Virus record (IMG/VR): IMGVR_UViG_3300035182_001152 | Origin: a virus | Taxonomy: Duplodnaviria; Caudoviricetes | Direction: 5' to 3' (one strand) | Length of the DNA: 64,000 nucleotides | Part shown: positions 44,314 to 54,310 of the stretch, piece by piece | Layout: every line of letters begins with the position of its first letter | How positions within the stretch are numbered: the stretch's first letter is position 1 | Position numbers and translations under genes: made by a program | The notes under the pieces: generated by a model | Database searches by the model: none | Told to the model about the DNA's origin: nothing | What the model saw: only the letters and a program-made list of their open reading frames with translations

Positions 44314-44982
44314 GTGTTCACACATTTAGACACGATTAGTCCTGTAGAACTGAAGACAATTGAAGGCCCCAAGGGTCGATTCTACGTCACGCCAGAAGGC
44401 AAGAAATACCCATCGATTACCACCGTTCTTGGGGCAGGTGAGAAAGTCTGGCTCCAAGAATGGCGTGCTAGCATGGGTGCTGACCGAGCGGACAAAGAAA
44501 TGCGGCGTGCCGCCAAACGCGGCACGGCAGTGCATGCGATGATCGAGAAGCATCTCGATAACGATCCAAACCCCACACAGGGGCACAAGCTCGAGCACAT
44601 TCCCGATTTCAACCAGCTGCGCCTTCCCCTGAAGAAGGTTAACAACATCCTAACGCAAGAGAGCGCTCTATGGAGCGACACCATGCGTGTTGCGGGACGA
44701 GTGGACTGCGTTGGGGAGTACAAGGGGAAGCTGGCAATCATTGACTTCAAGACGTCAACAAACAACAAGAATACGTCAATGATTGAGGACTACTACCTTC
44801 AAACTACGGCCTATGCCTTGATGTTTGAGGAACGTTACGGAATCCAAATCGATCACCTAGTGATTCTCATGAGCGTTGAGAAGGGATCAGTTCCTTTAGT
44901 GTTTGAGCGCCCGATTGATCCGTACATCGAGCCGCTACTTTTGCGCATAAATAGCTATCACACAAAGTATGGAGCAAAGTAA
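44314..44982 (+). CDS. PD-(D/E)xK exonuclease (T4-like phage type)
   Basis: YPSITTVL, RGTAVH, AGRVDC, IIDFKTS, Y.LQ..AYA. Confidence 0.88.
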   Translation: MFTHLDTISPVELKTIEGPKGRFYVTPEGKKYPSITTVLGAGEKVWLQEWRASMGADRADKEMRRAAKRGTAVHAMIEKHLDNDPNPTQGHKLEHIPDFNQLRLPLKKVNNILTQESALWSDTMRVAGRVDCVGEYKGKLAIIDFKTSTNNKNTSMIEDYYLQTTAYALMFEERYGIQIDHLVILMSVEKGSVPLVFERPIDPYIEPLLLRINSYHTKYGAK

Positions 44983-45566
44983 TGGACAATCTCGAAACAG
45001 GTGATACCGGCAAGGTACTTGGCAACACAGCAAAGGTCGAATTCTCGTCCTTCGGTAATCGTGCTGTTGAGGGCAAGGTTGATACTGGTGCCACCACGTC
45101 GTCGCTCCATGCCACGAATATCAATGTTAATCAACAACGTGGCCAAGTCTCATTCTCGAGCGAAGCCATTGGCGACAATGTGGTCACACTAGACCTGAAG
45201 GGTGTGCAGGAAGTGCACTCTGCAGACGGTGGAGGCCAACCTCGTCCAATCGTTGAAATTGATGTTACTGTTGACGGCACACCCATCCGCGGAGCCCAAT
45301 TTAACCTGAACGATCGCAGCAACATGGACTCCATGGTTCTGATCGGGCAGAACATCCTAAAGGCGGGCCACTTTACCATCGACCCTAATAAGGGCGGTGA
45401 TGAAGAGGGTACAGCTCCTGATGACCAAACGGCAGCGATGCCCAACGGCGTCAAGAACGAAAGCCAAATTATGCAGGCCATTGAAGTGTTAGTCGAGAAC
45501 AATGTCTCCTTGGGTGACATCCTCGTGTATCTTCAGACGGCTGCAATCAATCGCATCAAAGAGTAA
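44982..45566 (+). CDS. Retropepsin-like protease (RimK-associated putative ATP-dependent Zn protease family)
   Basis: GKVDTGATTSSLHA, RP.V, F.L.DRS.M...LIG. Confidence 0.85.
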   Translation: MDNLETGDTGKVLGNTAKVEFSSFGNRAVEGKVDTGATTSSLHATNINVNQQRGQVSFSSEAIGDNVVTLDLKGVQEVHSADGGGQPRPIVEIDVTVDGTPIRGAQFNLNDRSNMDSMVLIGQNILKAGHFTIDPNKGGDEEGTAPDDQTAAMPNGVKNESQIMQAIEVLVENNVSLGDILVYLQTAAINRIKE

Positions 45567-45571
45567 TAGTC

Positions 45572-46192
45572 GTGGAAACAAAATCACCTTTTTACATTGT
45601 AGAGAACTTCGTATCGCCTTTGAAGTGTGAGGATCTGATCGACACCATTGACTTCAATGTCCCAGATACGGACAAAGAAGGTCACGAGGTGAAGACGATC
45701 AAATACAGCGAAGGTGCAGAGAAGGTAATCTACAATCGGATTAAGATGATCATGCCCGAGCTGCAGGCATATTACCAATTTGTGTATCGTGGCACAGAAC
45801 GTGTCACGTTTGAGTGGTTCCCCGAAGGCAGCAGGGGACAGCATCAGAGTGAAAACAGTGAGTTCACTCGCGGTAAGTGGCTACGCACGCGCGGACGAGA
45901 TTTCTCAGCCGTACTGTTCCTATGCGACTACCAGGACAAGGTGCCTTTCGAGGCAGATTATGAAGTGTACGGCGGTAAGCTCGAATTTGCGCAACACAAA
46001 TTCGGTTTTAACCCTCAGCGTGGTACGTTGGTTGTGTTTCCCAGCGATCCGCACTTCATCAACTGCACCGCTCCTATTTTAGCCGGCGATCTGTATCAGG
46101 CTCGCATTCACATTGCAGCTCAGACGCCGTACCTGTATAATCCCCAAGACTTCCCTGGGGATTATACGAAGTGGTTCAACTCGGTGTTGTGA
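45572..46192 (+). CDS. 2OG-Fe(II) oxygenase-fold protein with degenerate metal ligands
   Basis: RDFSAVLFL, GGKLEF and P.RGTLVVFPS fold motifs are present; HxD and the distal His are not conserved. Confidence 0.7.
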   Translation: METKSPFYIVENFVSPLKCEDLIDTIDFNVPDTDKEGHEVKTIKYSEGAEKVIYNRIKMIMPELQAYYQFVYRGTERVTFEWFPEGSRGQHQSENSEFTRGKWLRTRGRDFSAVLFLCDYQDKVPFEADYEVYGGKLEFAQHKFGFNPQRGTLVVFPSDPHFINCTAPILAGDLYQARIHIAAQTPYLYNPQDFPGDYTKWFNSVL

Positions 46193-46283
46193 TCCGCAGT
46201 TGATCTAACAACTTAACCGTTGTAACTTCCCTATGCGATTCAGTTCGCATGGGGATCTATTCACTCGACGAAAAGGAAAGACG

Positions 46284-46979
46284 ATGAAGAATACTCATCT
46301 ATTCACCAACGTCACTGCGATTATTGTTTTGTTCGTAGTGCTATTGATCGGCGGCACAACTACCCGCGTCGATCCTGCCAGGGCTACTCCTGTGCAGACC
46401 GTTGAACAGGCAGAGCCTGTTCACAAAATGTCCGTTGAACTGGTTGAAATTTCGACACCAGTGATGGTCAAGAGCAGCATGTCTGCTAACATGAAGAAGG
46501 TGTTTATGATCGGCCGTGAGGTCGGAAACGCTGAAACCCTGCAAGCAATCCTACTGCAGGAAAGTGGCGGTGGCGCCGCTGATCCAGTTGGTACAAAGGG
46601 TGCACCAGTTGGTAAGCGTTCGTACGGTGTGATGCAGGTACAAGTCGTTGCCGCTCGTTCGATCCTGCAACGCCATCCCGAAATGGTCAAAAAGTACTTC
46701 CCTGGGCGGGTGTACGCATCGCTTGCTGACGAGGAAATCATCGCTTTGCTGTTGACCAATGACGAAGCAAACATCCGAATTGCCGCTACCCATTTCAAAC
46801 TGTACATGCAGCTGTGTGGTGGCGATTGGGACCGGGCTGTCGCAGCTTGGAACGCCGGTATTGGTGGTGTTGAAAACATCCCAGATCCTGCGGAATATGA
46901 CTACGTCATCAGCGTCAAATCAAAGCTGGACAACGTAGTTCGATCGTTTAACCGTAAGAACAACCTCACGTTGACTTAA
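46284..46979 (+). CDS. Lytic transglycosylase (SLT domain) with an N-terminal signal anchor
   Basis: LLQES, YGVMQV, NI..A..., AVAAWNAG; hydrophobic N-terminus. Confidence 0.88.
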   Translation: MKNTHLFTNVTAIIVLFVVLLIGGTTTRVDPARATPVQTVEQAEPVHKMSVELVEISTPVMVKSSMSANMKKVFMIGREVGNAETLQAILLQESGGGAADPVGTKGAPVGKRSYGVMQVQVVAARSILQRHPEMVKKYFPGRVYASLADEEIIALLLTNDEANIRIAATHFKLYMQLCGGDWDRAVAAWNAGIGGVENIPDPAEYDYVISVKSKLDNVVRSFNRKNNLTLT

Positions 46980-47037
46980 CAGACGTGAAAAACGTAACAT
47001 AAAACACTGAGACGAATACACCTATAAGGAGAAAAAC

Positions 47038-47400
47038 ATGGCAAAGTTCGCAAAGAAGGAAAAGGAAAGCAAGGGCAACGTGTTGGCTGATCCGGAAGTT
47101 CGGAAGAAGTTCAAATCAGCACTTGCCACGATTACCCACTACTTCCAACAAGCTGATGATGCAAAGGAAGGTGCGAAAGAGTCTGTTGCTGACATCGCCG
47201 TTGAGTACGGTGTCGACAAGAAGCTCGTCCGTAAGTTAGCTACAGTTATGTACAAGCATAACTACGGCGATCTCCAGGAAGAAAATCACCACTTTGAGAT
47301 CCTGTACGAGACAGTGATCGAAGGTAAACTGCGTGACGCGGACCAGATCGGAGGCGATCCTCTGGATGCGCCGGTCGACGACGAAGCTGGTGACGAATAA
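47038..47400 (+). CDS. T4 DsbA-like dsDNA-binding protein
   Basis: KK..RKLA..MYK.NY......FE.LYE pattern. Confidence 0.7.
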   Translation: MAKFAKKEKESKGNVLADPEVRKKFKSALATITHYFQQADDAKEGAKESVADIAVEYGVDKKLVRKLATVMYKHNYGDLQEENHHFEILYETVIEGKLRDADQIGGDPLDAPVDDEAGDE

Positions 47401-47402
47401 AC

Positions 47403-47423
47403 AAAGCGGCCTTGTGCCGCTTT
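47403..47423 (+). terminator. Intrinsic terminator
   Basis: AAAGCGGC-CTTGT-GCCGCTTT. Confidence 0.65.
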
Positions 47424-47439
47424 CCTTCTTGGAGACTCA

Positions 47440-50274
47440 ATGAGTTACATTTCCGCAATAACGAAAGAGAACAAGGTCTACGTTTGGGAGCGAAACGAAG
47501 ACGACGAACGCGTTCTCAAACAGTACAATGCACCGTACTACTACTATTACGATGATGAAGATGGTGATTACACTACCATCTTTGGCACGAAGGTAGCGAA
47601 GGCCGAATTCGAAACGGGTGCACAGTTTCACGCAGCAAAGAAGAAGCATGCTGCTGAGCGCGTGCAGACGTGGGAGAGTGATATTTCTCCTGAGTTGCGC
47701 CTACTGTCCAATGAATACTACGGTAAGCCCGCGCCAAAGCTACACATCACCCTCCTCGATATCGAAGTTGATTACGATCCAGAACTCGGCGTTCGTGTGA
47801 TTGACATGGTTGCAACGAATCCGTACGCACCTATCAATTCCGTTGCGTTAATCCACTGCTGGAAGAAAGAGATTGTCGTTATGTGCGTTCCTCCCGAGGG
47901 ACAAGACTGGAACGATGATAGTCTTCGCATTGCCGTAGAACAGGCTGCTCCAGAAGCTCCGATTGATCCAGACTTGCGCGTTCGTTACATCGTCTGTGAC
48001 ACAGAGCGTGAGTTGCTGCTGAACTTGATCCTTGAGATTGAAGATAGCGACGTGCTTGGCGGCTGGAACAGCGACTTCTTCGACATGCCGTACATTGCAC
48101 AACGGATCGCAAGAGTGCTGGACGGTGAACAAATCTCTCTGGAGACTGCAGAGACGATCGATGAGCGCACGGGCAAGCTCCGTCTGTCGTACACGGAGAA
48201 CCCGAATCCGTCGATCTCTAAAGCCAACAAGTTCAAGTGGCTAAAGAAGCTCGACTTCCCAACATATGGCGCGCCAACGTTCCGTGCTGTTGAGAATAAG
48301 AACACCGGCAAACTGATGGGCAACACGATCGATCTGGTTGGTCGCATTCGCACTGACTACATGAATCTAGTCAAGAAGTACGAGCCAGGTGAGAAAGAAT
48401 CATACAAGCTGGCTACTGTTTCAGCAGACATTCTTGTTGACGACAAGACTGGCGCTCCACTGCTGCCCAAGCTAGAGTATCAGGGCAACCTTGCTGATTT
48501 GTACCGCAACAACTTCCCGTTCTTCGTTCGATACAACATCCGAGATACGGAGATTCTGTACGGCTTTGAACGCAAGCTCGGATACATCGAAATTGCGAAC
48601 CAAAACTACCACCTGTCCACCGGTCTATTCACGCACGTTCTCGGCACGCTGAAGCTTGCTGAACTCGCGCTTGTTAACTACTGTCACCACTCTCTTCGTC
48701 GCGTTGTCAAGAACGTCACAGAGCCTGAGGTTGATCGAGCAATTGACGGTGCACTGGTTCTGCTACCTCAGGTTGGATTGCATGAGTTCATTGGCTCAAT
48801 CGACATCAACTCCCTGTACCCATCTGCGATTCGGTCGTTGAACATTTCTCCGGAAACCCTGCGTGGTCAATTCACACGATTCGTTAAGGATGCTGATGAG
48901 ATTGCCAAGGGCAGCCACGCACGACTAACGTTCCGTGTTGAAGCAACAGGACAGGAAGTGACAAAGACTGCTGCTGAGTGGCGTGAGTACTTCATCGAAC
49001 GTAAGTGGGCTGTGTCCGGCTACGGCACGGTGTTTGATCAGACGAAGCAAGGTTTCATTCCGGCGCTTCTTGCTGAGTGGTACGCAATGCGTAAGCAGTA
49101 TCAGGGCATGAAGAAGGACGCAGCAAATGCGGGCGATTACGAAAAGGCAGGTTATTACGACCGCCTGCAGTATGTGTACAAGATCAAACTGAACAGCCTC
49201 TATGGTGCTCTAACGAACCTGTACTTCCGTTTCTATGACCTGCGAATGGGCGAGTCGACCACAGCTACGGGCCGAGCAATTCTACGACACCAATGTCGTA
49301 CTGTTGCTTTGACTCTTGAAGGGACGTACGACGTCAACTTCCCAATGTACACTGACCTTGATGGAGCTGCTGAGATGGGGTACGATGAGGATGAAGCCCG
49401 GATGGTTTCCCTTAACGGCCCGTACTTCAATGGCAAGCACCAGTCTGACTCCGTGATCTACGGTGACACCGACTCAACGTACTTCAAAACGTACGCACAG
49501 ACGCCTGAAGAGGCGATCGCAATTGCCGATGCAATTGCGGATAAGGTCAACGCATCGTACCCTGAGTTCATGCGCAACACGTTCTTGTGTACGACAGGCT
49601 ACGACAACATCATCAAGGCCGGACGCGAAATCGTATCAGACCGTGGTATTTTCGTAGAAAAGAAGCGATACATCCTGCACTTGATTGACTTGGACGGTAA
49701 GACGGTCGACAAGCTGAAGGTGATGGGCCTAGACACAAAGAAAACAACACTTCCAGCAGAAGTGTCCAAGAAGCTGAACGGCTTTATTGAGCGATTCCTT
49801 AAGGGTGAATCCTGGGAAGAAATCTCCGTGTCGATTGTTGAGTACAAAGAAGAGCTCAAGAACGCAACTGATTTGATGCGTATTGGCATGCCGAAGGGTG
49901 TCAATAAGATTGAAGAGTACACCACGAAGTATGCTGACAAAGGAAAGACGGCTCGACTGCCTGGTCATGTTGCCGCGTCGATCTATTACAATGAAAGTCT
50001 CATAACTTACAAGGACAACATTAGTACACCAATCTCTTCAGGCATGAAGATCAAGGTGTTCTACTTGATCGGTAACCACGGCAAGTTCAAGAGTATTGCT
50101 ATTCCTACCGATTCGGAAGTGATCCCACAATGGTTCCTGGATCACTTCCGCGTTGACCGAGAGGCTCACGTTGAGCGTTTGGTTGATAACCCTCTGAACA
50201 ACATTCTGAAGGCTATTGGCAAGGAACCTCCATCGAAGCAGAGTCTATTTGTGGATAGTCTGCTGGTATTTTAA
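47440..50274 (+). CDS. Family B DNA polymerase
   Basis: Exonuclease motifs DIE, WNSDFFD and YNIRD; polymerase motifs DINSLYPS, KIKLNSLYG, YGDTDS and KKRY. Confidence 0.97.
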   Translation: MSYISAITKENKVYVWERNEDDERVLKQYNAPYYYYYDDEDGDYTTIFGTKVAKAEFETGAQFHAAKKKHAAERVQTWESDISPELRLLSNEYYGKPAPKLHITLLDIEVDYDPELGVRVIDMVATNPYAPINSVALIHCWKKEIVVMCVPPEGQDWNDDSLRIAVEQAAPEAPIDPDLRVRYIVCDTERELLLNLILEIEDSDVLGGWNSDFFDMPYIAQRIARVLDGEQISLETAETIDERTGKLRLSYTENPNPSISKANKFKWLKKLDFPTYGAPTFRAVENKNTGKLMGNTIDLVGRIRTDYMNLVKKYEPGEKESYKLATVSADILVDDKTGAPLLPKLEYQGNLADLYRNNFPFFVRYNIRDTEILYGFERKLGYIEIANQNYHLSTGLFTHVLGTLKLAELALVNYCHHSLRRVVKNVTEPEVDRAIDGALVLLPQVGLHEFIGSIDINSLYPSAIRSLNISPETLRGQFTRFVKDADEIAKGSHARLTFRVEATGQEVTKTAAEWREYFIERKWAVSGYGTVFDQTKQGFIPALLAEWYAMRKQYQGMKKDAANAGDYEKAGYYDRLQYVYKIKLNSLYGALTNLYFRFYDLRMGESTTATGRAILRHQCRTVALTLEGTYDVNFPMYTDLDGAAEMGYDEDEARMVSLNGPYFNGKHQSDSVIYGDTDSTYFKTYAQTPEEAIAIADAIADKVNASYPEFMRNTFLCTTGYDNIIKAGREIVSDRGIFVEKKRYILHLIDLDGKTVDKLKVMGLDTKKTTLPAEVSKKLNGFIERFLKGESWEEISVSIVEYKEELKNATDLMRIGMPKGVNKIEEYTTKYADKGKTARLPGHVAASIYYNESLITYKDNISTPISSGMKIKVFYLIGNHGKFKSIAIPTDSEVIPQWFLDHFRVDREAHVERLVDNPLNNILKAIGKEPPSKQSLFVDSLLVF

Positions 50275-50283
50275 GGGGTAATC

Positions 50284-51144
50284 ATGGTCCGATATCTCGC
50301 TGCAATTGTGCTGGCGCTTCTGACGCAAGTCGCAAATGCTCAGCCTGATCCATCTGCGAAGTCGGTCCTTGTGATTGACGCTGACACTAAGGATGTGCTG
50401 TTCCAGAAGAATCAGGACGACGTTCGGCCAATTGCTTCGATTACAAAGCTGGTCAACGCAATCGTGATTCTGAACGAGCAGCAGCCAATGGATGAGAAGA
50501 TCACAATTACAGAGGATGACGTGGCAGCAACGATGCTGCGAGGCTATCCAACGGGAACATCCCTGCCCGTGGGAACTACGCTCACCCGCGCTGAGCTGCT
50601 GCACCTCGCATTGATGAACTCTCAGAACCGAGCAGCAGCAGCTCTGGCGCGGAGTTACCCAGGAGGGGTACCTGCGTTCGTTCTCCAGATGAATGCCACC
50701 GCTAAGTTGCTGGGGATGACTCACAGCAAATTTGTCGATCCTACGGGGTTGATCAACACAAACGTCTCTACCGTCGGCGATCTCGCACTGCTCGTCTCAG
50801 CGGCTGCGAACTACCCAGTTATCCGTGATTTTAGCACGTCTACTTCGTTCCAAATGACGCAGTACAGCAAGCGGCGTAGTCATACAATCGGATACGGAAC
50901 TACGAACCGTCTTGTCAAATTGGCAGGATGGGACACGATCGTTCAAAAGACAGGCTTCATCAATGACGCTGGCCACTGTATGGTAATGATGACCAAAATT
51001 GCGTCGCGGCGTGTGGTAATGGTGCTGTTGAACACCCCGTCGAACGACCGACGTACAACCGATGCGATCACATTGAAATACTGGGTGGAAACCGGCGAAA
51101 TGCCTCCAGCCACACAACCCAAGAGTCAACGTCGTCATCGTTGA
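50284..51144 (+). CDS. D-alanyl-D-alanine endopeptidase/carboxypeptidase (peptidase S11, PBP7-like)
   Basis: Signal peptide; ASITKL (SxxK), SQN (SxN), KTG; F.DPTGL. Confidence 0.93.
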   Translation: MVRYLAAIVLALLTQVANAQPDPSAKSVLVIDADTKDVLFQKNQDDVRPIASITKLVNAIVILNEQQPMDEKITITEDDVAATMLRGYPTGTSLPVGTTLTRAELLHLALMNSQNRAAAALARSYPGGVPAFVLQMNATAKLLGMTHSKFVDPTGLINTNVSTVGDLALLVSAAANYPVIRDFSTSTSFQMTQYSKRRSHTIGYGTTNRLVKLAGWDTIVQKTGFINDAGHCMVMMTKIASRRVVMVLLNTPSNDRRTTDAITLKYWVETGEMPPATQPKSQRRHR

Positions 51145-51199
51145 CTTCTACAGACTAAACCTGTAGTGTAATCTGACAACAATAATAAGGAGAACCTCC

Positions 51200-51916
51200 A
51201 TGAAGGTCGATCAGCAATCCCTTGCGTACATCGAGAATGTCGTAACCACAGCACGGTTAGTTGGCATCGATGGCATCATCATTGAGAAGGATCGCGTCCG
51301 AGCCGTCGACGAAGACAGCACCGTGATTCTGCTACATACAACTAATGTTCCAGAGTTACCATTTGGTTCGATCGGTCTCAACCGAACGGACGTGTTCTCT
51401 TCCCGCTATGCAATCGCACGGTCGATTGACAACTTTGAGATGGACGTCATTGTAGACGGTCCTGAAGACGCTCGGTACGCACGGGCGCTCACAATGAAGG
51501 CAAAGGGCACGAAGATCGATTACCGTTGTGCCAACCCCGCAACGATCCGTGCCCCAAAGGCTCTGAACGATGCTGTGAAGTATCGTGTTCGGATGCATCC
51601 GGAAGCAGTTCTGCACATGCAAAAGGGTGCGAGTGCTATGGAATCTGATGAGCTGACAATGATTGGCAGCAAAGATTCAGTCTCGTTTGAAGTCTCTGAC
51701 ATCAACGGCGACAAGTTGTCATTCAAATTTGGCGACACAGTTGATAACGTTCAACCAGACGACACGTCAGACCCAAAGTTTGCCAACCGTTATCCCATCA
51801 AGCTGCTACAGACGCTGTTCAAGGCAAATCCTGACGGCTACTTCTTTGTCACGTCCCGTGGCATGTTGAAAGTCTCTGTCAACGGTCTTGACGTCTATGT
51901 TCTTCCGAGGACCTAA
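51200..51916 (+). CDS. Probable DNA sliding clamp (gp45-like)
   Basis: Size of about 240 aa, beta-rich pattern and position in the replication cluster; no diagnostic motif. Confidence 0.5.
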   Translation: MKVDQQSLAYIENVVTTARLVGIDGIIIEKDRVRAVDEDSTVILLHTTNVPELPFGSIGLNRTDVFSSRYAIARSIDNFEMDVIVDGPEDARYARALTMKAKGTKIDYRCANPATIRAPKALNDAVKYRVRMHPEAVLHMQKGASAMESDELTMIGSKDSVSFEVSDINGDKLSFKFGDTVDNVQPDDTSDPKFANRYPIKLLQTLFKANPDGYFFVTSRGMLKVSVNGLDVYVLPRT

Positions 51917-51918
51917 TC

Positions 51919-52359
51919 ATGTGGCAAGCATTCAAAAATTGGTGGAAGCGCGACCAACTTGCGCTTGAACAGCGATTCTCTAGTCTTGCAGCTGCCGTCA
52001 ACCAGCAGGCTGCTGAGAGTGCCAAACGAGAGCAAGAGCTCCAGCAACGCTTAGAACAGGCAGAAGCAGAAGCGGCGGTCCTTCGGGAACAAGCAGTTGC
52101 TGACCAATCTAAGCGCGATAGCACTGAGCCGTGGGTTGAAATCAAGAGCGCTGAACATCACCCCGTTCGCGGTCTTGAGATCAAACTCGACTGGAACGAG
52201 GCGTTTGTTCAATACCTGAAGGATGAGGGAATGACCGCTCGCGATGACGAAACGCTCGTCCAAAAGTGGCTTGCCAACATGTACCAGCACGTAGTCGAAC
52301 GACTGGAACAGAAGGTGATCGACAAGTCGGATCAACCTCGCGTTAACGACTTCCTATGA
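51919..52359 (+). CDS. Hypothetical coiled-coil protein
   Basis: Coupled ORF; EPWV...LDWN..F motif. Confidence 0.75.
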   Translation: MWQAFKNWWKRDQLALEQRFSSLAAAVNQQAAESAKREQELQQRLEQAEAEAAVLREQAVADQSKRDSTEPWVEIKSAEHHPVRGLEIKLDWNEAFVQYLKDEGMTARDDETLVQKWLANMYQHVVERLEQKVIDKSDQPRVNDFL

Positions 52360-52392
52360 GACCTGCGTGCAAAATCAGTAAGCGCCATTTCA

Positions 52393-52584
52393 GTGATGCG
52401 ATGGCGCAGGAGTCGGCTGAAGGATCAGCTGCCTTCCTTGATTCAGCCGACTAACAGCGACGTTGATATGGTTCTGTTGCTCAATGAGATCGACGATCTT
52501 CAGCAACAGAACTATGCCGCATACACGCTGATAAACGAATACAGACAAAAACTAGACAAAGCTCATGAAATCACTCGTATTTGA
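52393..52584 (+). CDS. Hypothetical protein
   Basis: Short ORF overlapping the next start; start uncertain. Confidence 0.45.
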   Translation: MMRWRRSRLKDQLPSLIQPTNSDVDMVLLLNEIDDLQQQNYAAYTLINEYRQKLDKAHEITRI

Positions 52585-53479
52585 CATTTCAAACTTGCTG
52601 TACCGTACGTTCTTCGTCCAAAAGGAAGAGAGCGACGAAACCCTGGCGGGGTTAGCAACCCACTCTGCACTAGTAATGCTGAACAAGTACTTTCGCCAGT
52701 TCAAACCTGACCGCGTTGTGATGGCATTTGACCGCAAGTCATGGCGCAAGGCGTACACTGCCAGCGACAAGTGCATCTCGAAGAAGCCGTACAAGGGCAA
52801 CCGCCGGCAGGACATGACACCGTCGCAGCAGATCAAGTACCAGAAGTTCATCGAGCACATGAAGGAATTCGAGGCGCTGATTGGATCTCATACTACAATC
52901 ATCACGCTCGTGGAGGATGATCTTGAAGCGGACGACTTGATCGCTGGCTATTGCGAGCTCTGTCAAGATGAGACAGAGCATGAAGTGATCGTGATCAGTA
53001 CTGACAGTGACTTGCTGCAATTACTTCGCTACCCCAGTGTCCGAATTGTCTCACCAGCGACTGACAAGCCTCAAGTCTTGTCAGACTTTGACGGCGATCC
53101 TGAGTTCTACGTATTCACAAAATGTCTCCGAGGTGACCCAACCGACAATGTCCAGTCAGCATACCCTGGTGTCCGGTCCACGCGGATCAAGAAGGCGTAT
53201 GACGATCCGTTCGAGCGTGTCCAGTTAATGAAAACGACGTGGACAAATCAGGACAAGATTGAATTCACAGTTCAACAATTGTTTGAGGAAAATCAGATCC
53301 TGATCGATCTGACCAAACAACCGGAAGACATTCGTGAGTTGATCAAGTATTCCGTTGCTGCGTCTGTAGCCAAGCAACGGAAGTTCTCAATGTTCCATAT
53401 TCTGCGATTCATCGGCAAGTACAAGCTGGTCAAAATTAAGGAATCACTGGATCAGTACATTCCGATGTTGAGCTGCTGA
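52565..53479 (+). CDS. RNase H / 5'-3' exonuclease (T4 Rnh-like, FEN family)
   Basis: FDISN, AFD..SWRK, YKGNR, EADD.I, STDSDLLQL, GD..DN. Confidence 0.92.
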   Translation: MKSLVFDISNLLYRTFFVQKEESDETLAGLATHSALVMLNKYFRQFKPDRVVMAFDRKSWRKAYTASDKCISKKPYKGNRRQDMTPSQQIKYQKFIEHMKEFEALIGSHTTIITLVEDDLEADDLIAGYCELCQDETEHEVIVISTDSDLLQLLRYPSVRIVSPATDKPQVLSDFDGDPEFYVFTKCLRGDPTDNVQSAYPGVRSTRIKKAYDDPFERVQLMKTTWTNQDKIEFTVQQLFEENQILIDLTKQPEDIRELIKYSVAASVAKQRKFSMFHILRFIGKYKLVKIKESLDQYIPMLSC

Positions 53480-53889
53480 TGCGTTGCTTCATTTACCGCA
53501 ACCTACACAAGGACGGTTACACGTATTCGTTACGTGCTGTTGAAGGCGTCTACAAAGGCCGCGTTATTGGCTACAGTACATTTCTGTGGGTAGATAACGC
53601 GTCCTTTGTGGTGTCAGAGGCAGGAAGGCAGCGCGTTCTTGCAACGCAACGGAAGAACGTTCATGCGGGGATTGTTGGCGATGTTGGCTATCTATTCAAC
53701 TATGAGCCACGACTGATAGTTGACGTCGGGATGACGGAAATGGAGCGGCCGCTAGACCAACTGGTTGAAATTGGCTACAACCCCTACAAGTATGATTCTT
53801 TTGTGGCCAAAATGACGGAAGCGCCCATCAAGAGCGCTTCCCATGTGCTGATTAGTGGTGGCTTAATTGAGGCGTGCGGTCTTACTTAG
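53479..53889 (+). CDS. Conserved phage hypothetical protein
   Basis: YRNLH...S, F.VSEAGRQRV...RKNVHA, YNPYK motifs. Confidence 0.75.
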   Translation: MRCFIYRNLHKDGYTYSLRAVEGVYKGRVIGYSTFLWVDNASFVVSEAGRQRVLATQRKNVHAGIVGDVGYLFNYEPRLIVDVGMTEMERPLDQLVEIGYNPYKYDSFVAKMTEAPIKSASHVLISGGLIEACGLT

Positions 53890-54253
53890 GATCTGCACCA
53901 TCCGCTGGTGATGCCGTCTTGTTCTTCAGGAACGAATTCCATCCCGCACCACCAAGCAAATACGTCAGATACATGCCGAAGATGTCGTACGTTAGCTTGT
54001 CGTGGTCTGTGAACGTTAGCACGATCCAAGTGCCGACGATTACACCAACAAGATAGCCTAGTTTGTACGGTGATGCACGATCGTTGGACGAATCGATAAC
54101 CATGTCTTCCCAGCGAATTGGGCTTTTTGGATCATGGCTAGCACGTGCGAACAAGATTACAAACAGTGCGAGTGTTGCGATGACGAACCATGTCGCCCCC
54201 GTGAATGGAATCGCTTGAATAAGGTCGCCAGCCTTGGCGATGATGTTTGACAT
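53882..54253 (-). CDS. Three-TM membrane protein (holin candidate)
   Basis: Three hydrophobic helices; GGAG RBS; late-like motif at 54274. Confidence 0.7.
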   Translation of the reverse strand: MSNIIAKAGDLIQAIPFTGATWFVIATLALFVILFARASHDPKSPIRWEDMVIDSSNDRASPYKLGYLVGVIVGTWIVLTFTDHDKLTYDIFGMYLTYLLGGAGWNSFLKNKTASPADGADPK

Positions 54254-54310
54254 AGTGAACTCCCAGAATCCCATATTTACCTAAATACCACCGGAAAAAG
54301 GAGAAAAACT

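Noticed and set aside
44314-44982. Cas4 or CRISPR association
   Set aside because: It lacks the Cas4 four-Cys cluster, and I saw no repeat-spacer array or other cas gene in the window.
47440-50274. Intein in PolB or nrdA
   Set aside because: Lengths are normal. The short insertion before YGDTDS is too small and lacks intein termini.
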